NCBI GenBank assembly: GCA_045627925.1
Contig: JAZQOS010000022.1
Location: 64,063-128,062, forward strand
Direction: 5' to 3'
DNA length: 64,000 nt
Source: Kiritimatiellia bacterium
Lineage (GTDB): Bacteria > Verrucomicrobiota > Kiritimatiellia > RFP12 > UBA1067
This document shows positions 27,824-37,305 of this stretch, piece after piece (the first letter of the stretch is position 1; every line of letters begins with the position of its first letter). The position numbers and the translations under genes are program-made. The notes under the pieces were generated by a model. It saw nothing but the letters and a program-made list of their open reading frames with translations, was not told the DNA's origin and ran no database searches.

Positions 27824-28933
27824 ATGAGTAACGATTTTCTCGTCTTCGATCACGTGACCAAGCGTTTTGGCGCCCAGACGGCGGTTGATGACGTTTCGCT
27901 TTCGATTGGAAAGGGCGAATTCTTCTCGTTGCTCGGGCCCTCGGGGTGTGGCAAGACGACGCTTTTAAGGATGCTCGGAGGATTTGAGCGTCCGGATTCG
28001 GGTCGCATCTATCTCGAAGGCAAGGACATTACCGATTTGCCGCCGGATCGGCGTCGTGTGCATACGGTCTTCCAGAATTACGCGCTTTTCCCGACGATGA
28101 CGGTGTGGGATAATGTCGCTTTTTCGCTCAAGCTCGCCCGCTACGACCGCAAGGAGATCGAAAAGCGGGTTTATGCAATGCTGGAGATGGCCGAACTTCT
28201 TGATCAGGCGTGGAAGTATCCGTCGCAACTCTCCGGTGGTCAAAAGCAACGCGTCGCGATTGCGCGTGCGCTCATTGATCGCCCGCAGGTGCTGCTCTTG
28301 GACGAACCGCTCGCCGCGCTCGATCTGAAGCTTCGCCAACACATGCTCATCGAGTTGGACGCAATTCACGATCAGGTGGGGATTACCTTTCTTTACGTTA
28401 CCCACGACCAGAGCGAGGCGATGTCGCTTTCCGATCGAATCGCGGTCGTCAATCGCGGCAAAATCGAGCAGATTGACGTTCCCGCGAAGATTTACGAAGC
28501 GCCGACTTCCCGTTTCGTCGCCTCGTTCATCGGCGATACCAACTTTTTCGAGGGTAAAGTGGTCGCCGTCGAGGGTGATTATTATCAGATCGCCGTCGAA
28601 GGCCTTGGCGTGGTGCGGGCTCTTAAAGACCGGAATTTGGAAGTCGGTCGGGAAGTCGACCTTTCCGTCCGTCCGGAGAAGATTCGGCTTACGCTTGTGC
28701 CGCCGCCACCATCGGAGAACGGGGTTGCGGTGAATTGCTTCCCCGCGACAATCGGCGATATCGTCTATCAGGGCGCTTACACCAAGTTTTGGCTCAAATT
28801 GAGCGATATGCGCGTTTCGGTAATCAAGCCCCATTCGCGTTTTTTGCTGGATCCGGAGGTGTTTGCCCGGAACGACGAAGTGTTCGTTTGGTGGCGACCC
28901 GATGACGGGTTTATGGTGGAACGGCAAAGGTGA
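27824..28933 (+). CDS. potA: Spermidine/putrescine ABC transporter ATP-binding protein
   Basis: Walker A GPSGCGKTT, signature LSGGQKQRVAIARAL, Walker B LLLDEP, and a C-terminal TOBE-like domain. Confidence 0.9.
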   Translation: MSNDFLVFDHVTKRFGAQTAVDDVSLSIGKGEFFSLLGPSGCGKTTLLRMLGGFERPDSGRIYLEGKDITDLPPDRRRVHTVFQNYALFPTMTVWDNVAFSLKLARYDRKEIEKRVYAMLEMAELLDQAWKYPSQLSGGQKQRVAIARALIDRPQVLLLDEPLAALDLKLRQHMLIELDAIHDQVGITFLYVTHDQSEAMSLSDRIAVVNRGKIEQIDVPAKIYEAPTSRFVASFIGDTNFFEGKVVAVEGDYYQIAVEGLGVVRALKDRNLEVGREVDLSVRPEKIRLTLVPPPPSENGVAVNCFPATIGDIVYQGAYTKFWLKLSDMRVSVIKPHSRFLLDPEVFARNDEVFVWWRPDDGFMVERQR

Positions 28934-29922
28934 AGACGCCTCTTCGCTCTCGCAAGGCCGAATGGCTGGTTACGATGCCGAGCTTTTTGTGGCTGGCGAT
29001 CTTCTTCGCGGTGCCGGCGGCGATTGTTGTCTCCTTCGCCTTTCACGCGCACGATTCCTTCGGCGGCGTGGGGGAGTGGAGCCTTTCGACTTGGCGAGAA
29101 CTTGCCGATCCTAATTATCCGGCAATCGTGTGGATGACGATTAAGGTGTCCCTTGAAATCACGTTTTGGTCGGTACTGCTGGCGATTCCCAGCGCTTACG
29201 CCATTGCGCGGATGAATCCGCGGTGGCGATATGCGGTAGCCGGGGCGGTTATGCTGCCGTTTTGGACGAGCTTTATCGTTCGGGTGTTCGCGTGGAAGAC
29301 GATGCTTCATCCCGACGGATGGCTTCAGGCGTGTTACTTTGCGTTATTGCGGGCAAGGGAGTGGATTTTCGGATGGCTCCCGGAAGCGTTGCAGCAGTCG
29401 TTGATTGCGATTGGCTTCGCCTCCGCCGAGCCGTTGAGCCCGACTTCTTCGACGTTGATCGACTCGGAGGCGGCGGTGGTGCTCGTATCGGTCTACACCT
29501 TTTTGCCGTTCGCGATCATGCCGATTTTTTCGGCGGCGGAAAAGTTCGATTTTTCGCTTTTGGAAGCGGCGCGAGATTTGGGGGCGCGCAATTTTTACGC
29601 CTTTCGCAAGATTTTTATGCCGGGAATCAAACACGGCATCGTGTCGGCGGTTCTCATGGTTTTCATTTCGGCGATCGGCAGTTACGTCATTCCCCAGATG
29701 CTCGGCGGAACCGATTGCGTGCTCGTCGGCAACAAGATTTTCATGCGGGCGATTCACAATCGCAACATTCCGCACGCGGCGGCGCTCGCGACGCTGATGG
29801 CGCTGGCGGTGCTCGTGCCGATTATGTTTGCGACCTGGTGGCATCGTCGCCACGATCTTCGCGGTCGTCGGAGGCTGGAAGCGCACGCGGCGAGGTTGAT
29901 CGTTTCGGGAGGCGTCGGCTGA
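28930..29922 (+). CDS. potB: Spermidine/putrescine ABC transporter permease
   Basis: GTGA overlap with the potA stop. It is a multi-TM protein with an EAA-like loop (LLEAARDLGA..FRKIF.P). Confidence 0.85.
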   Translation: MKTPLRSRKAEWLVTMPSFLWLAIFFAVPAAIVVSFAFHAHDSFGGVGEWSLSTWRELADPNYPAIVWMTIKVSLEITFWSVLLAIPSAYAIARMNPRWRYAVAGAVMLPFWTSFIVRVFAWKTMLHPDGWLQACYFALLRAREWIFGWLPEALQQSLIAIGFASAEPLSPTSSTLIDSEAAVVLVSVYTFLPFAIMPIFSAAEKFDFSLLEAARDLGARNFYAFRKIFMPGIKHGIVSAVLMVFISAIGSYVIPQMLGGTDCVLVGNKIFMRAIHNRNIPHAAALATLMALAVLVPIMFATWWHRRHDLRGRRRLEAHAARLIVSGGVG

Positions 29923-29923
29923 A

Positions 29924-30754
29924 ATGAAACGTTCGCTTTTTTCGGTGGCGGTGATGGGCGCGGTACTCGTTTTTCTGTACGTGCCGATTCTGCTCGTGGT
30001 GGCGTACGGCTTCGTTCCCAACGGCATCGCGATGAGTTTTGTCGACGCCAACGGGGAATTCGCCGGCTTTACCCTGAAATGGTACGAGCAGATATTCTCC
30101 GGCCACTATTCGCTTCGTGCGCTAATGCAGAGCTTTTGGTTGTCGCTGGAAATCGCCGGTCTGGCGACGCTCTTTTCAAGCGTTATCGGCACGACTGCGG
30201 CGTTGGCGCTTCATCGTTGGCGCGATCGATTGCAGTCGATTCATCACGCGCTCGTCTATACGCCGCTCGTCATGCCCGATATCCTGATCGGAATTTCGCT
30301 CTTGATGCTATTCGTGGCGAGCGGGGTGGATTGCGGATTTTGGACGATCCTCGTCGCCCATATCACGTTTTGCGTTTCTTACGTGGTGATGACGGTGCTC
30401 GCCAGATTGCAGGATTTCGACGACCGGGTGATCGAGGCCGCCTACGACCTCGGCGCGGGGCCGTGGTATGCGTTTTTCAAGGTGGAGCTTCCGATTTTGA
30501 TGCCGGGTATCATCGCCGGCTCGCTGCTCGCGTTCACGCTTTCCATCGACGACGTGGTCATTACCTCGTTCGTTAACGGCGCGGGAACGAACACCTTCCC
30601 GACTTATGTCAGCTCCATGACCAAGCACTCGCGCAATCTGCCGAGCGTGTTCGCGCTTTCCACGCTAATGCTGATTTTTACCTGTGCATTGATGTGGGTT
30701 TCGAAGATCATTTCCGCCAGAATTCAGCCGCGAACGAAAGCAAAGAGGATGTGA
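29924..30754 (+). CDS. potC: Spermidine/putrescine ABC transporter permease
   Basis: Multi-TM protein with the loop VIEAAYDLGAGPWYAFFKVELP. It starts 2 nt after the potB stop. Confidence 0.85.
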   Translation: MKRSLFSVAVMGAVLVFLYVPILLVVAYGFVPNGIAMSFVDANGEFAGFTLKWYEQIFSGHYSLRALMQSFWLSLEIAGLATLFSSVIGTTAALALHRWRDRLQSIHHALVYTPLVMPDILIGISLLMLFVASGVDCGFWTILVAHITFCVSYVVMTVLARLQDFDDRVIEAAYDLGAGPWYAFFKVELPILMPGIIAGSLLAFTLSIDDVVITSFVNGAGTNTFPTYVSSMTKHSRNLPSVFALSTLMLIFTCALMWVSKIISARIQPRTKAKRM

Positions 30755-30761
30755 GTTAACA

Positions 30762-32576
30762 ATGACGACGCTTGAGAACATTCGCAATTTTTGTATTATC
30801 GCCCATGTCGATCACGGCAAGACGACGCTCTCCGATCGCATCCTCGAACTCACTCACGCGGTCAGCGCGCGCGAGCTCAAGGAACAGACGCTGGATGCGA
30901 TGGATCTCGAGCGCGAGCGCGGCATCACCATCAAATCCCATCCGGTCTCGATGCATTACGAGGCGAAGGACGGAAAGACCTATCTTTTCAACCTGTTGGA
31001 CACGCCTGGCCATGTGGACTTCGCCTACGAGGTCAGTCGTTCGATGGGCGCATGCGAAGGGGCGCTATTGGTGGTGGACGCCGCGCAGGGAGTGGAGGCG
31101 CAAACCGTGGCGAACACCTACTTCGCCCAGGACGCGAAATTGGAAATCGTGCCCGTTTTGAACAAGGTCGATCTTCCGGGCGCCGACGTCAAGGAGGTTT
31201 CGCGCGAGGTCGAGGACATTCTCGCCATTCCGATGGACGATCCGCTTTTGGTCAGCGCCAAGACCGGCGTCGGTTGTCCCGAGGTTTTGGAGGCGATCGT
31301 CAAACGCATTCCGCCGCCGACTACGAAAGGCACCGATGCTCCGCTTCGGGCGCTGGTGTTCGATTCGGTTTTCGACGAGTTTCGCGGCGTCATTACCTAC
31401 GTGCGAGTGGTGGACGGGTCGATTTCCGCCGGGCAGAACGTGAAGTTCATGGGTTCGGGGATTTCGACCACCGTTCACGAAGTCGGAATTTTCTCGCCGA
31501 CCAAAAAGCCGGTGGAGTGGCTTTCGGCGGGCGAAGTCGGCTATATCGTCGGTACGGTCAAAGACCCGAGCGAAATCAAGATTGGAGACACGGTAACCAC
31601 TTCGCGGCTCGGCGCGGAAGAGCCGCTGCCCGGTTTCCATGATATTCACCCGACGGTTTTTTGCGGTATCTATCCGATGTCGACCGACGAGTTTCCCAAG
31701 GTCTCCCAGGGGCTCGAAAAACTGCATCTCAACGATTCCGCATTTACCTTCCACCACGAAAGTTCGCTCGCGCTCGGCTTCGGGTTCCGTTGCGGATTCT
31801 TGGGGCTTTTGCACATGGAAATCGTGCAAGAGCGACTTCGTCGCGAGTTCGGGTTGGACATAATTTCCACTTCCCCGGGCGTCGTTTATCGACTGAAGAT
31901 GAAGAATGGCGAGGAGAGGGAGCTCGACAATCCGCTTCAGATGCCGGATCCGTCGGCGTTGGAGACCATCTCGGAGCCGATTTTGAAAGCCCGCATCATC
32001 ACGCCCTCGGAGTCGATTGGCGATGTGATGCGAATCGTTATGGATCGGCGCGGACAGGTCGAGGGAACGGAAACCATTGACGCGAAGCGGGTAATGCTCC
32101 ATTGCATGCTGCCGTTAAACGAGATTCTGATCGATTTCCACGACACCTTGAAGAGCGTTAGCCACGGCTACGCTTCGATGGATTACGAACCTGCGGGTTA
32201 TCAGGTTTCGGATATCGTAAAGATGGACGTTTTGCTTAACGGCGAGACGGTGGACGCCTTCGCGACAATGGTCCACCGCGACAAGGCGCGCTCGCGGGGC
32301 TCCCAGATGTGCAAGGCGCTCGCCGATACGATTCCGCCCCATCAGTTCAAGATTCCGGTGCAGGCGGCGATCGGCAAGGAAATAATCGCGCGCGAAGACA
32401 TTCGCCCGTTCCGCAAGGACGTGCTCGCGAAGCTCTACGGCGGCGACGTTACGCGCAAGATGAAGGTTTTGGAAAAGCAGAAGCGCGGCAAGGCCCGAAT
32501 GAAGGAGTTCGGCCACGTCAACGTTCCCCAGTCGGCGTTTATCGCCGTCTTGAAGGGGACAATCAAGGAACACTAA
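30762..32576 (+). CDS. lepA: Elongation factor 4
   Basis: [35 protein letters not shown], and a C-terminal LepA-specific region. Confidence 0.95.
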   Translation: MTTLENIRNFCIIAHVDHGKTTLSDRILELTHAVSARELKEQTLDAMDLERERGITIKSHPVSMHYEAKDGKTYLFNLLDTPGHVDFAYEVSRSMGACEGALLVVDAAQGVEAQTVANTYFAQDAKLEIVPVLNKVDLPGADVKEVSREVEDILAIPMDDPLLVSAKTGVGCPEVLEAIVKRIPPPTTKGTDAPLRALVFDSVFDEFRGVITYVRVVDGSISAGQNVKFMGSGISTTVHEVGIFSPTKKPVEWLSAGEVGYIVGTVKDPSEIKIGDTVTTSRLGAEEPLPGFHDIHPTVFCGIYPMSTDEFPKVSQGLEKLHLNDSAFTFHHESSLALGFGFRCGFLGLLHMEIVQERLRREFGLDIISTSPGVVYRLKMKNGEERELDNPLQMPDPSALETISEPILKARIITPSESIGDVMRIVMDRRGQVEGTETIDAKRVMLHCMLPLNEILIDFHDTLKSVSHGYASMDYEPAGYQVSDIVKMDVLLNGETVDAFATMVHRDKARSRGSQMCKALADTIPPHQFKIPVQAAIGKEIIAREDIRPFRKDVLAKLYGGDVTRKMKVLEKQKRGKARMKEFGHVNVPQSAFIAVLKGTIKEH

Positions 32577-32583
32577 AAAGAAA

Positions 32584-32603
32584 CGCCCGGAGAAATCCGG
32601 GCG
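32584..32603. terminator. Hairpin between convergent lepA and the small-basic-protein gene
   Basis: CGCCCGGA, loop GAAA, TCCGGGCG. It is A-rich on the upstream side (AAAAAGAAA). It sits between two convergent stop codons and is probably bidirectional. Confidence 0.65.
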
Positions 32604-32632
32604 CTTCAGTTCTGACTAAGAAAGAAATCCGT

Positions 32633-32788
32633 TTACGCTTCGGGTTTCGTTTTCTTCAGACCGAGACCGCGAGAGCCTTCCTTCCACTCGCCGCGCTTCT
32701 GTAACAAATTCACGCGCTCGAAACGCTTCAGAACGTTGCGCTTGGCGGTCATCTTGCCGGAACCTTTTAAAGATGCATGCTGACTCAT
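32633..32788 (-). CDS. 51-aa 'small basic protein' family member (below the ORF-track length cut-off)
   Basis: My own translation is MSQHASLKGSGKMTAKRNVLKRFERVNLLQKRGEWKEGSRGLGLKKTKPEA. A GGGAGA Shine-Dalgarno ends 7 nt before the ATG. It resembles the short, highly basic proteins annotated as 'small basic protein' in PVC and other phyla (from memory). Confidence 0.65.
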   Translation of the reverse strand: MSQHASLKGSGKMTAKRNVLKRFERVNLLQKRGEWKEGSRGLGLKKTKPEA

Positions 32789-32818
32789 ATTTATCTCCCT
32801 TTCAAGGCGCGTATTTTA

Positions 32819-33904
32819 TCATTTTTCCGCGTCGGTTGCAACCGGTTCGGGTTCGGCAATTGGCTCTTCATCGTCAGTCGGGGGGATAAACTGCTTGAAA
32901 TCCTCGGCAAACGCTTCGATCTTGGCGTTTTTAACGAGATCCATCACGAACTTGGACACAAATTCGCGCTCATTTTGCTTTTTGAGGAACTCGGTCACCT
33001 CGGCGACTTCGGGAATACGACGCGCTTCCGAAGTCTTGCAAAGGATGTGGCTCGCCTGAACCTTTTCGGGTTCGGCCGGGCTGTCTCCCTTGGCTTCGAC
33101 GGCGGGGATCTTCTTGGTGGTCATAATGAGGTGATAGCCGAACTGGGTTTTCACCGGATCGGAAACTTTGCCGACGGGAAGGGCGAAGGCGGCGTCCTCG
33201 AACTCCTTGACCATCTGACCGCGGGTGAATTCGCCGAGGTCGCCGCCCTTGGCGGACGACGGGCAGTCGGAATTGTCCTTCGCGAGTTCGGCGAACTTGT
33301 CGGCGAGCTTGTCGGCGGGGACGGTGGCGAGTTGGCCTTTGAGCGCGACGATCTTCGCGAGCGCTTCCTTTTCGCTTTCGGCGGCCTTGGCGTTGGCGGC
33401 TTTGATTTCGCCGATGATTTCTGCGGCCTTGGCCGAGAAGTCGACTGCCGGCGACTTGGACTGCTCGTCCTTGATCATCTTGTCGATCAGAATGCCGTTC
33501 TCGAACTCGGCGCGCGCGCGCGCCTCTCCGAGCGGGAACTTGGCGAAGTACTCGTCCATCGTCTTCGGGGCGTCGGGCATCTTGGCGATTGCGGCGAGAA
33601 GTTCGCCCTCGCGCTCCTTGCGCTCCGCGTCGGTAATCTGGTAGCCGGCGGCCTTGGCCTTGGCGACGAGCACGTTCTCGATGATGAAGCTTTGCGCGAT
33701 TTGATTCTGGGCCATTTGGCGGAAGTATTCCAGCTGATCGGCCGGAACCTTGTCGCCTTGCGCCTTGAGCATGGCTTCGATGTCGGCTTCAACTGCGGCG
33801 CGGGTGAGTTCCTTGCCGTCGACCGAAAGCACGACTTCTTGCTTCTCGCATCCGACTACGGCGGCTCCGATCAAAATCGCCGCTCCGATTCGTTTAATGT
33901 TCAT
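32819..33904 (-). CDS. Parvulin-type peptidyl-prolyl cis-trans isomerase lipoprotein (PrsA/SurA-like)
   Basis: Lipobox AAVVGC. PpiC domain with ASHILCKT...[41 protein letters not shown]. Confidence 0.85.
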   Translation of the reverse strand: MNIKRIGAAILIGAAVVGCEKQEVVLSVDGKELTRAAVEADIEAMLKAQGDKVPADQLEYFRQMAQNQIAQSFIIENVLVAKAKAAGYQITDAERKEREGELLAAIAKMPDAPKTMDEYFAKFPLGEARARAEFENGILIDKMIKDEQSKSPAVDFSAKAAEIIGEIKAANAKAAESEKEALAKIVALKGQLATVPADKLADKFAELAKDNSDCPSSAKGGDLGEFTRGQMVKEFEDAAFALPVGKVSDPVKTQFGYHLIMTTKKIPAVEAKGDSPAEPEKVQASHILCKTSEARRIPEVAEVTEFLKKQNEREFVSKFVMDLVKNAKIEAFAEDFKQFIPPTDDEEPIAEPEPVATDAEK

Positions 33905-34607
33905 TTTTCATTTCTCCTTGATTGGAATTTGAAATCAGACGTATTGCGTTTCTCCGCAGTTCGGAGGCGCAATCCAGATGGAATTGATAGAATACACCAA
34001 CAACCCTTGCCGCGTCAAGTATGATTTGCGGATTTTTTTCTTCGCGGATGCGGTTGAGCGCCGTCGCTACCGAGGCGTTGACGGGAATCGATCGCTCGCC
34101 TTTGAGTCTAAAGGAGCCGGCTTCCGCCTCGATTCGGGGGTCCAAGCCCGATAATGCCAGCGATTTCATTTCAAAATCGACGAGCTCTTTCAATAAGTCC
34201 GTGAAACTCGCGTTCTTTTCGATCTCGGACAGGCGATTGAGCGCGCTTTCCAGCGTATCGTACCAGGCATTGCAATCTTCACCCGTGGGCGCGAGCTCTT
34301 CGCAGACGGTGCGGAAGTAGTCGCCGAGCGCCAATTTCCGGTAATCGCGACGCAGTTCTTCTCGCAGGCGAATCGGCGAGCATTCGCGCAAAGCGTGCAT
34401 TTCGCCCTTGGCGCGCGCGTAATAGAGGATCTCGCAAGTGTAGTTGAGATCGTATTGCCCCAAAAACGCGCTCTTGGGTCTAACCGCCCCCTTGACCACG
34501 GTAACGATCTTTCCGTCCGGCGTTAGCCAGCTTACGACATGGGAGGTTCGGGACCAGGGGGCGATGCGCAGACAGATGGCGGTTGTCTTCAGCGTTTCCC
34601 CGGCCAT
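33894..34607 (-). CDS. recO: DNA repair protein RecO
   Basis: N-terminal OB-fold region [34 protein letters not shown], 237 aa. Confidence 0.8.
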   Translation of the reverse strand: MAGETLKTTAICLRIAPWSRTSHVVSWLTPDGKIVTVVKGAVRPKSAFLGQYDLNYTCEILYYARAKGEMHALRECSPIRLREELRRDYRKLALGDYFRTVCEELAPTGEDCNAWYDTLESALNRLSEIEKNASFTDLLKELVDFEMKSLALSGLDPRIEAEAGSFRLKGERSIPVNASVATALNRIREEKNPQIILDAARVVGVFYQFHLDCASELRRNAIRLISNSNQGEMKNEH

Positions 34608-35782
34608 CAGAGAATCGCTCCCTTCAGCTTGTCTTCGCGCACGTCCATTACGTGTACCTTTACGAGATCTTTGCGTTCAAGCGTACGATCTCGCTGATGA
34701 TTGACGATTTCGCAGGAGAAGTATTCGCTTGTCCATCCGGTACAGGTCTTTTTGTCCTCGATCAGAACCTCGACATCCCGGCCGAGGAATTTCTTGGCGA
34801 ACATTCGGCGTTTTTTCGCGGCTACTGCGGAAAGTTCGCGCGCGCGTGCGACTTTGATTTCGTGGGCAATCGCTCCCGGAAGTCCGGCGGCGTAGGTGCC
34901 GGGACGCGCGGAAAAGGGAAATACGTGGGCATTGGAAAAAGGCAATCTATTCAAGAGCCCCAAGGTGGCGCCGTAGTCGGCGTCGGATTCGCCGGGGAAA
35001 CCGGTCATGAGATCGCAACCGAGTCCGAGCAGCGGAATTTTCCTGAACGCCTTGTTGATGAGATCGATTACTGATTTTATCGCGTATGGTCGGCGCATCG
35101 CGGAGAGAATGCGAGCGGATCCGGACTGAATCGGGAGATGCAGCATCCGGCAGATATTGGATCTTTCCGCCATAAGTTCCACCAGCTTCGCGGCGATTTC
35201 CCCGGGTTCGATCGAGCCCACGCGAATTCGGCACGCGGGATCGACGGCGGCGAGCGCGGAGACAAGCTCGTCCAATCGGCGGTTTTGCGAATTGTATTGC
35301 GAGAGATTGCATCCGGTTACCACGATTTCGCGGTACCCGGCTTCGACGAATCGCTTCGCCTTGTCGAGCGTCTCTTCGAACGGCATCGAGCGCGACTCGC
35401 CGCGAAACTGCGGCACGATGCAAAACGTGCACTTGCAATTGCAGCCGTCCTGCACCTTTAGATAGGCGCGGGCGGTGCGCGTCGGCAGCGGGTCGGCGAT
35501 TGGCGAATCCTTTAGTTCGATCGGAGTCTTGAAAGTGGTGCGCTTTTTGGTGCATCCTACGATTACCAGACGAGTGGTCGGGTAATGTCGCTTCAAGTGT
35601 TCGATAAGCTTGTCGGTGTCGTGCTCCGCTTTGCGGGTCACCGCACAACCGCGAACGACGAAAAGATTGGCTTCGGAATGCTTTTTCGTGAGCGTCCATC
35701 CGCGAGCGAGATATTCCGCTTCCATGGCCAGCGCCTCCGCGCGGTTCAATCGGCAACCGAATGTTTCGAAGCAAACCTTCAT
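34607..35782 (-). CDS. Radical-SAM methylthiotransferase of the MiaB/MtaB/RimO family (MtaB-like)
   Basis: N-terminal FETFGCRLNRAEA, radical-SAM cluster motif GCNCKCTFCIVP, and a C-terminal TRAM-like region. It has a 1-nt stop/start overlap with recO. Confidence 0.85.
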   Translation of the reverse strand: MKVCFETFGCRLNRAEALAMEAEYLARGWTLTKKHSEANLFVVRGCAVTRKAEHDTDKLIEHLKRHYPTTRLVIVGCTKKRTTFKTPIELKDSPIADPLPTRTARAYLKVQDGCNCKCTFCIVPQFRGESRSMPFEETLDKAKRFVEAGYREIVVTGCNLSQYNSQNRRLDELVSALAAVDPACRIRVGSIEPGEIAAKLVELMAERSNICRMLHLPIQSGSARILSAMRRPYAIKSVIDLINKAFRKIPLLGLGCDLMTGFPGESDADYGATLGLLNRLPFSNAHVFPFSARPGTYAAGLPGAIAHEIKVARARELSAVAAKKRRMFAKKFLGRDVEVLIEDKKTCTGWTSEYFSCEIVNHQRDRTLERKDLVKVHVMDVREDKLKGAIL

Positions 35783-35784
35783 AT

Positions 35785-35813
35785 TTGACGATATTATACC
35801 AAAATGCTACAAT
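35785..35813 (+). promoter_or_regulatory. Promoter TTGACG, 17-nt spacer, TGC-TACAAT, ending 7 nt before the GH20-like ATG
   Basis: The -35 is at 35785-35790 and the extended -10 TGCTACAAT is at 35805-35813. CAAGGAT follows, then ATG 35821. Confidence 0.55.
35793..35801 (-). promoter_or_regulatory. Minus-strand extended -10 TGGTATAAT, 10 nt upstream of the methylthiotransferase ATG
   Basis: The reverse complement of 35793-35801 is TGGTATAAT. The start codon occupies 35782-35780. There is no Shine-Dalgarno in the 10-nt gap. Confidence 0.45.
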
Positions 35814-35820
35814 CAAGGAT

Positions 35821-37296
35821 ATGGATAAGTGGAAAATTGCGTTATTGTTGCCGCTCGTGCTCGGTTGCGTTTCCTCCGGCGAGCTCGCCAAGGAAGTGCC
35901 GTATCGTCCGGCGATTCGCGGCTATCAACTGGACGTTTCGCGGTGCAAAGTGCCGACGATGGCGACCTTGAAGCGTATCGTGGACATTTTGTCGCGACTC
36001 GATTACAACCAGTTCCAGCTCTACACCGAACATACTTTCGCATATCCCGGTCACGAGGCGGCCTGGCGCGACGCGTCGCCGATGACACCGGATGAAATTC
36101 GCGAGCTGGACGCCTATTGCTCGGAGCGCGGCATCGAGCTCGTCCCCAACCAGAATTCCTTCGGCCATCTCGACCATTGGCTTTCGAAGCCGGAATACAA
36201 CGATCTCGCCGAAGTCCCGCAAGGCGGGGCGGTGTTCGCGCCGTGGGGCTCGACGATTCGCCGCCCGTCGGCGCTCTGCCCGACCGATCCGCGATCGATC
36301 GGTTTCGTCGCCGGACTTTACGACTCGCTTTTGCCGTGTTTTAAATCGCGTTACTTCAACGTCGGTTGCGACGAGACGCTGGAGCTTATGGACGCGACCA
36401 AGTCCAATCGCAGCGCCGCGGCGGTGGCGGAGAAGGGACCCCATCGCGTCTATCTCGATTTTCTTTTGCAGCTACACGAGCTTGTGAAAGAGCGCGACCA
36501 CGTGATGATGTTCTGGGGCGACATCATCGTCAACGCGCCGGAGCTTTTGCCGGAGTTGCCGGAGGACTCGATCGCGCTTTGCTGGGGCTACGAGGCGAAT
36601 CATCCGTTCGACGCGCAAGTTGCCGAATTCGCCAAGGCGAAGCGTCGGTTTTTCCTTTGTCCGGGGACGAGCGCGTGGGGCTCGATTTCGGGTCGCGTCC
36701 CCAACATGATCGGCAACATCGACAACGCCTGGAATATCGCCGACAAGTATCGCGCCGAGGGGTTGTTGCTTGCGGACTGGGGCGACGGAGGCCATCCCCA
36801 GCCGTGGATCGTCTCCATCCCCGCGCTCGTCTATTTTTCCGCGAAGACCCATGGCCGCACATTGTCGCGTGCGGAGTTGATCGGCGCGATTGACGCGCTT
36901 TTGGGGTGCGAGGTCGGCGAGGCGCTCCTCGATTACGGCGAGGTCTATCTCAAGTGCGGCGGCAGGATGGGGAACTCCTCCGAACTCTTTCTCGCGCTCG
37001 TGAACGGCGAGGAATACGAGCGCGCACCGACGGTTACCGATGAATCGCTCGCCGCCGCCTTCGCGCAATGGCGCTCGGCCTCGTCCAAGGCCAAGCTTGA
37101 AAACGCGCCGGAGTGGGTGAAGGACGATTTTGCGCTCTTGGATTTGCTTTATCGGGCGGTGGAAGCGAGAATGACCGGGAAAATCGAAAAGAACCACCGT
37201 GCGCGGTTCGAGCCGGAATATCGTCGGCTGTGGCTCAGACAAAACCGTTTCGGCGGGCTCGAAGAGTCGCTGACCAATCTATTCGGACGCTTCTAA
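35821..37296 (+). CDS. GH20-like beta-N-acetylhexosaminidase-family lipoprotein
   Basis: Lipobox LPLVLGC. TIM-barrel motifs YQLDVSRCKVPT, YNQFQLYTEHTF and NQNSFGHL, plus the catalytic pair in FNVGCDET. Confidence 0.75.
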   Translation: MDKWKIALLLPLVLGCVSSGELAKEVPYRPAIRGYQLDVSRCKVPTMATLKRIVDILSRLDYNQFQLYTEHTFAYPGHEAAWRDASPMTPDEIRELDAYCSERGIELVPNQNSFGHLDHWLSKPEYNDLAEVPQGGAVFAPWGSTIRRPSALCPTDPRSIGFVAGLYDSLLPCFKSRYFNVGCDETLELMDATKSNRSAAAVAEKGPHRVYLDFLLQLHELVKERDHVMMFWGDIIVNAPELLPELPEDSIALCWGYEANHPFDAQVAEFAKAKRRFFLCPGTSAWGSISGRVPNMIGNIDNAWNIADKYRAEGLLLADWGDGGHPQPWIVSIPALVYFSAKTHGRTLSRAELIGAIDALLGCEVGEALLDYGEVYLKCGGRMGNSSELFLALVNGEEYERAPTVTDESLAAAFAQWRSASSKAKLENAPEWVKDDFALLDLLYRAVEARMTGKIEKNHRARFEPEYRRLWLRQNRFGGLEESLTNLFGRF

Positions 37297-37305
37297 CGGT
37301 TTGCG

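Noticed and set aside
37284-37300. The small hairpin TAACG-GTTTG-CGTTA between convergent GH20-like and CPBP genes
   Set aside because: It has only a 5-bp stem that overlaps the GH20-like stop codon, and it lacks a T-tract. Support for a terminator call is insufficient.
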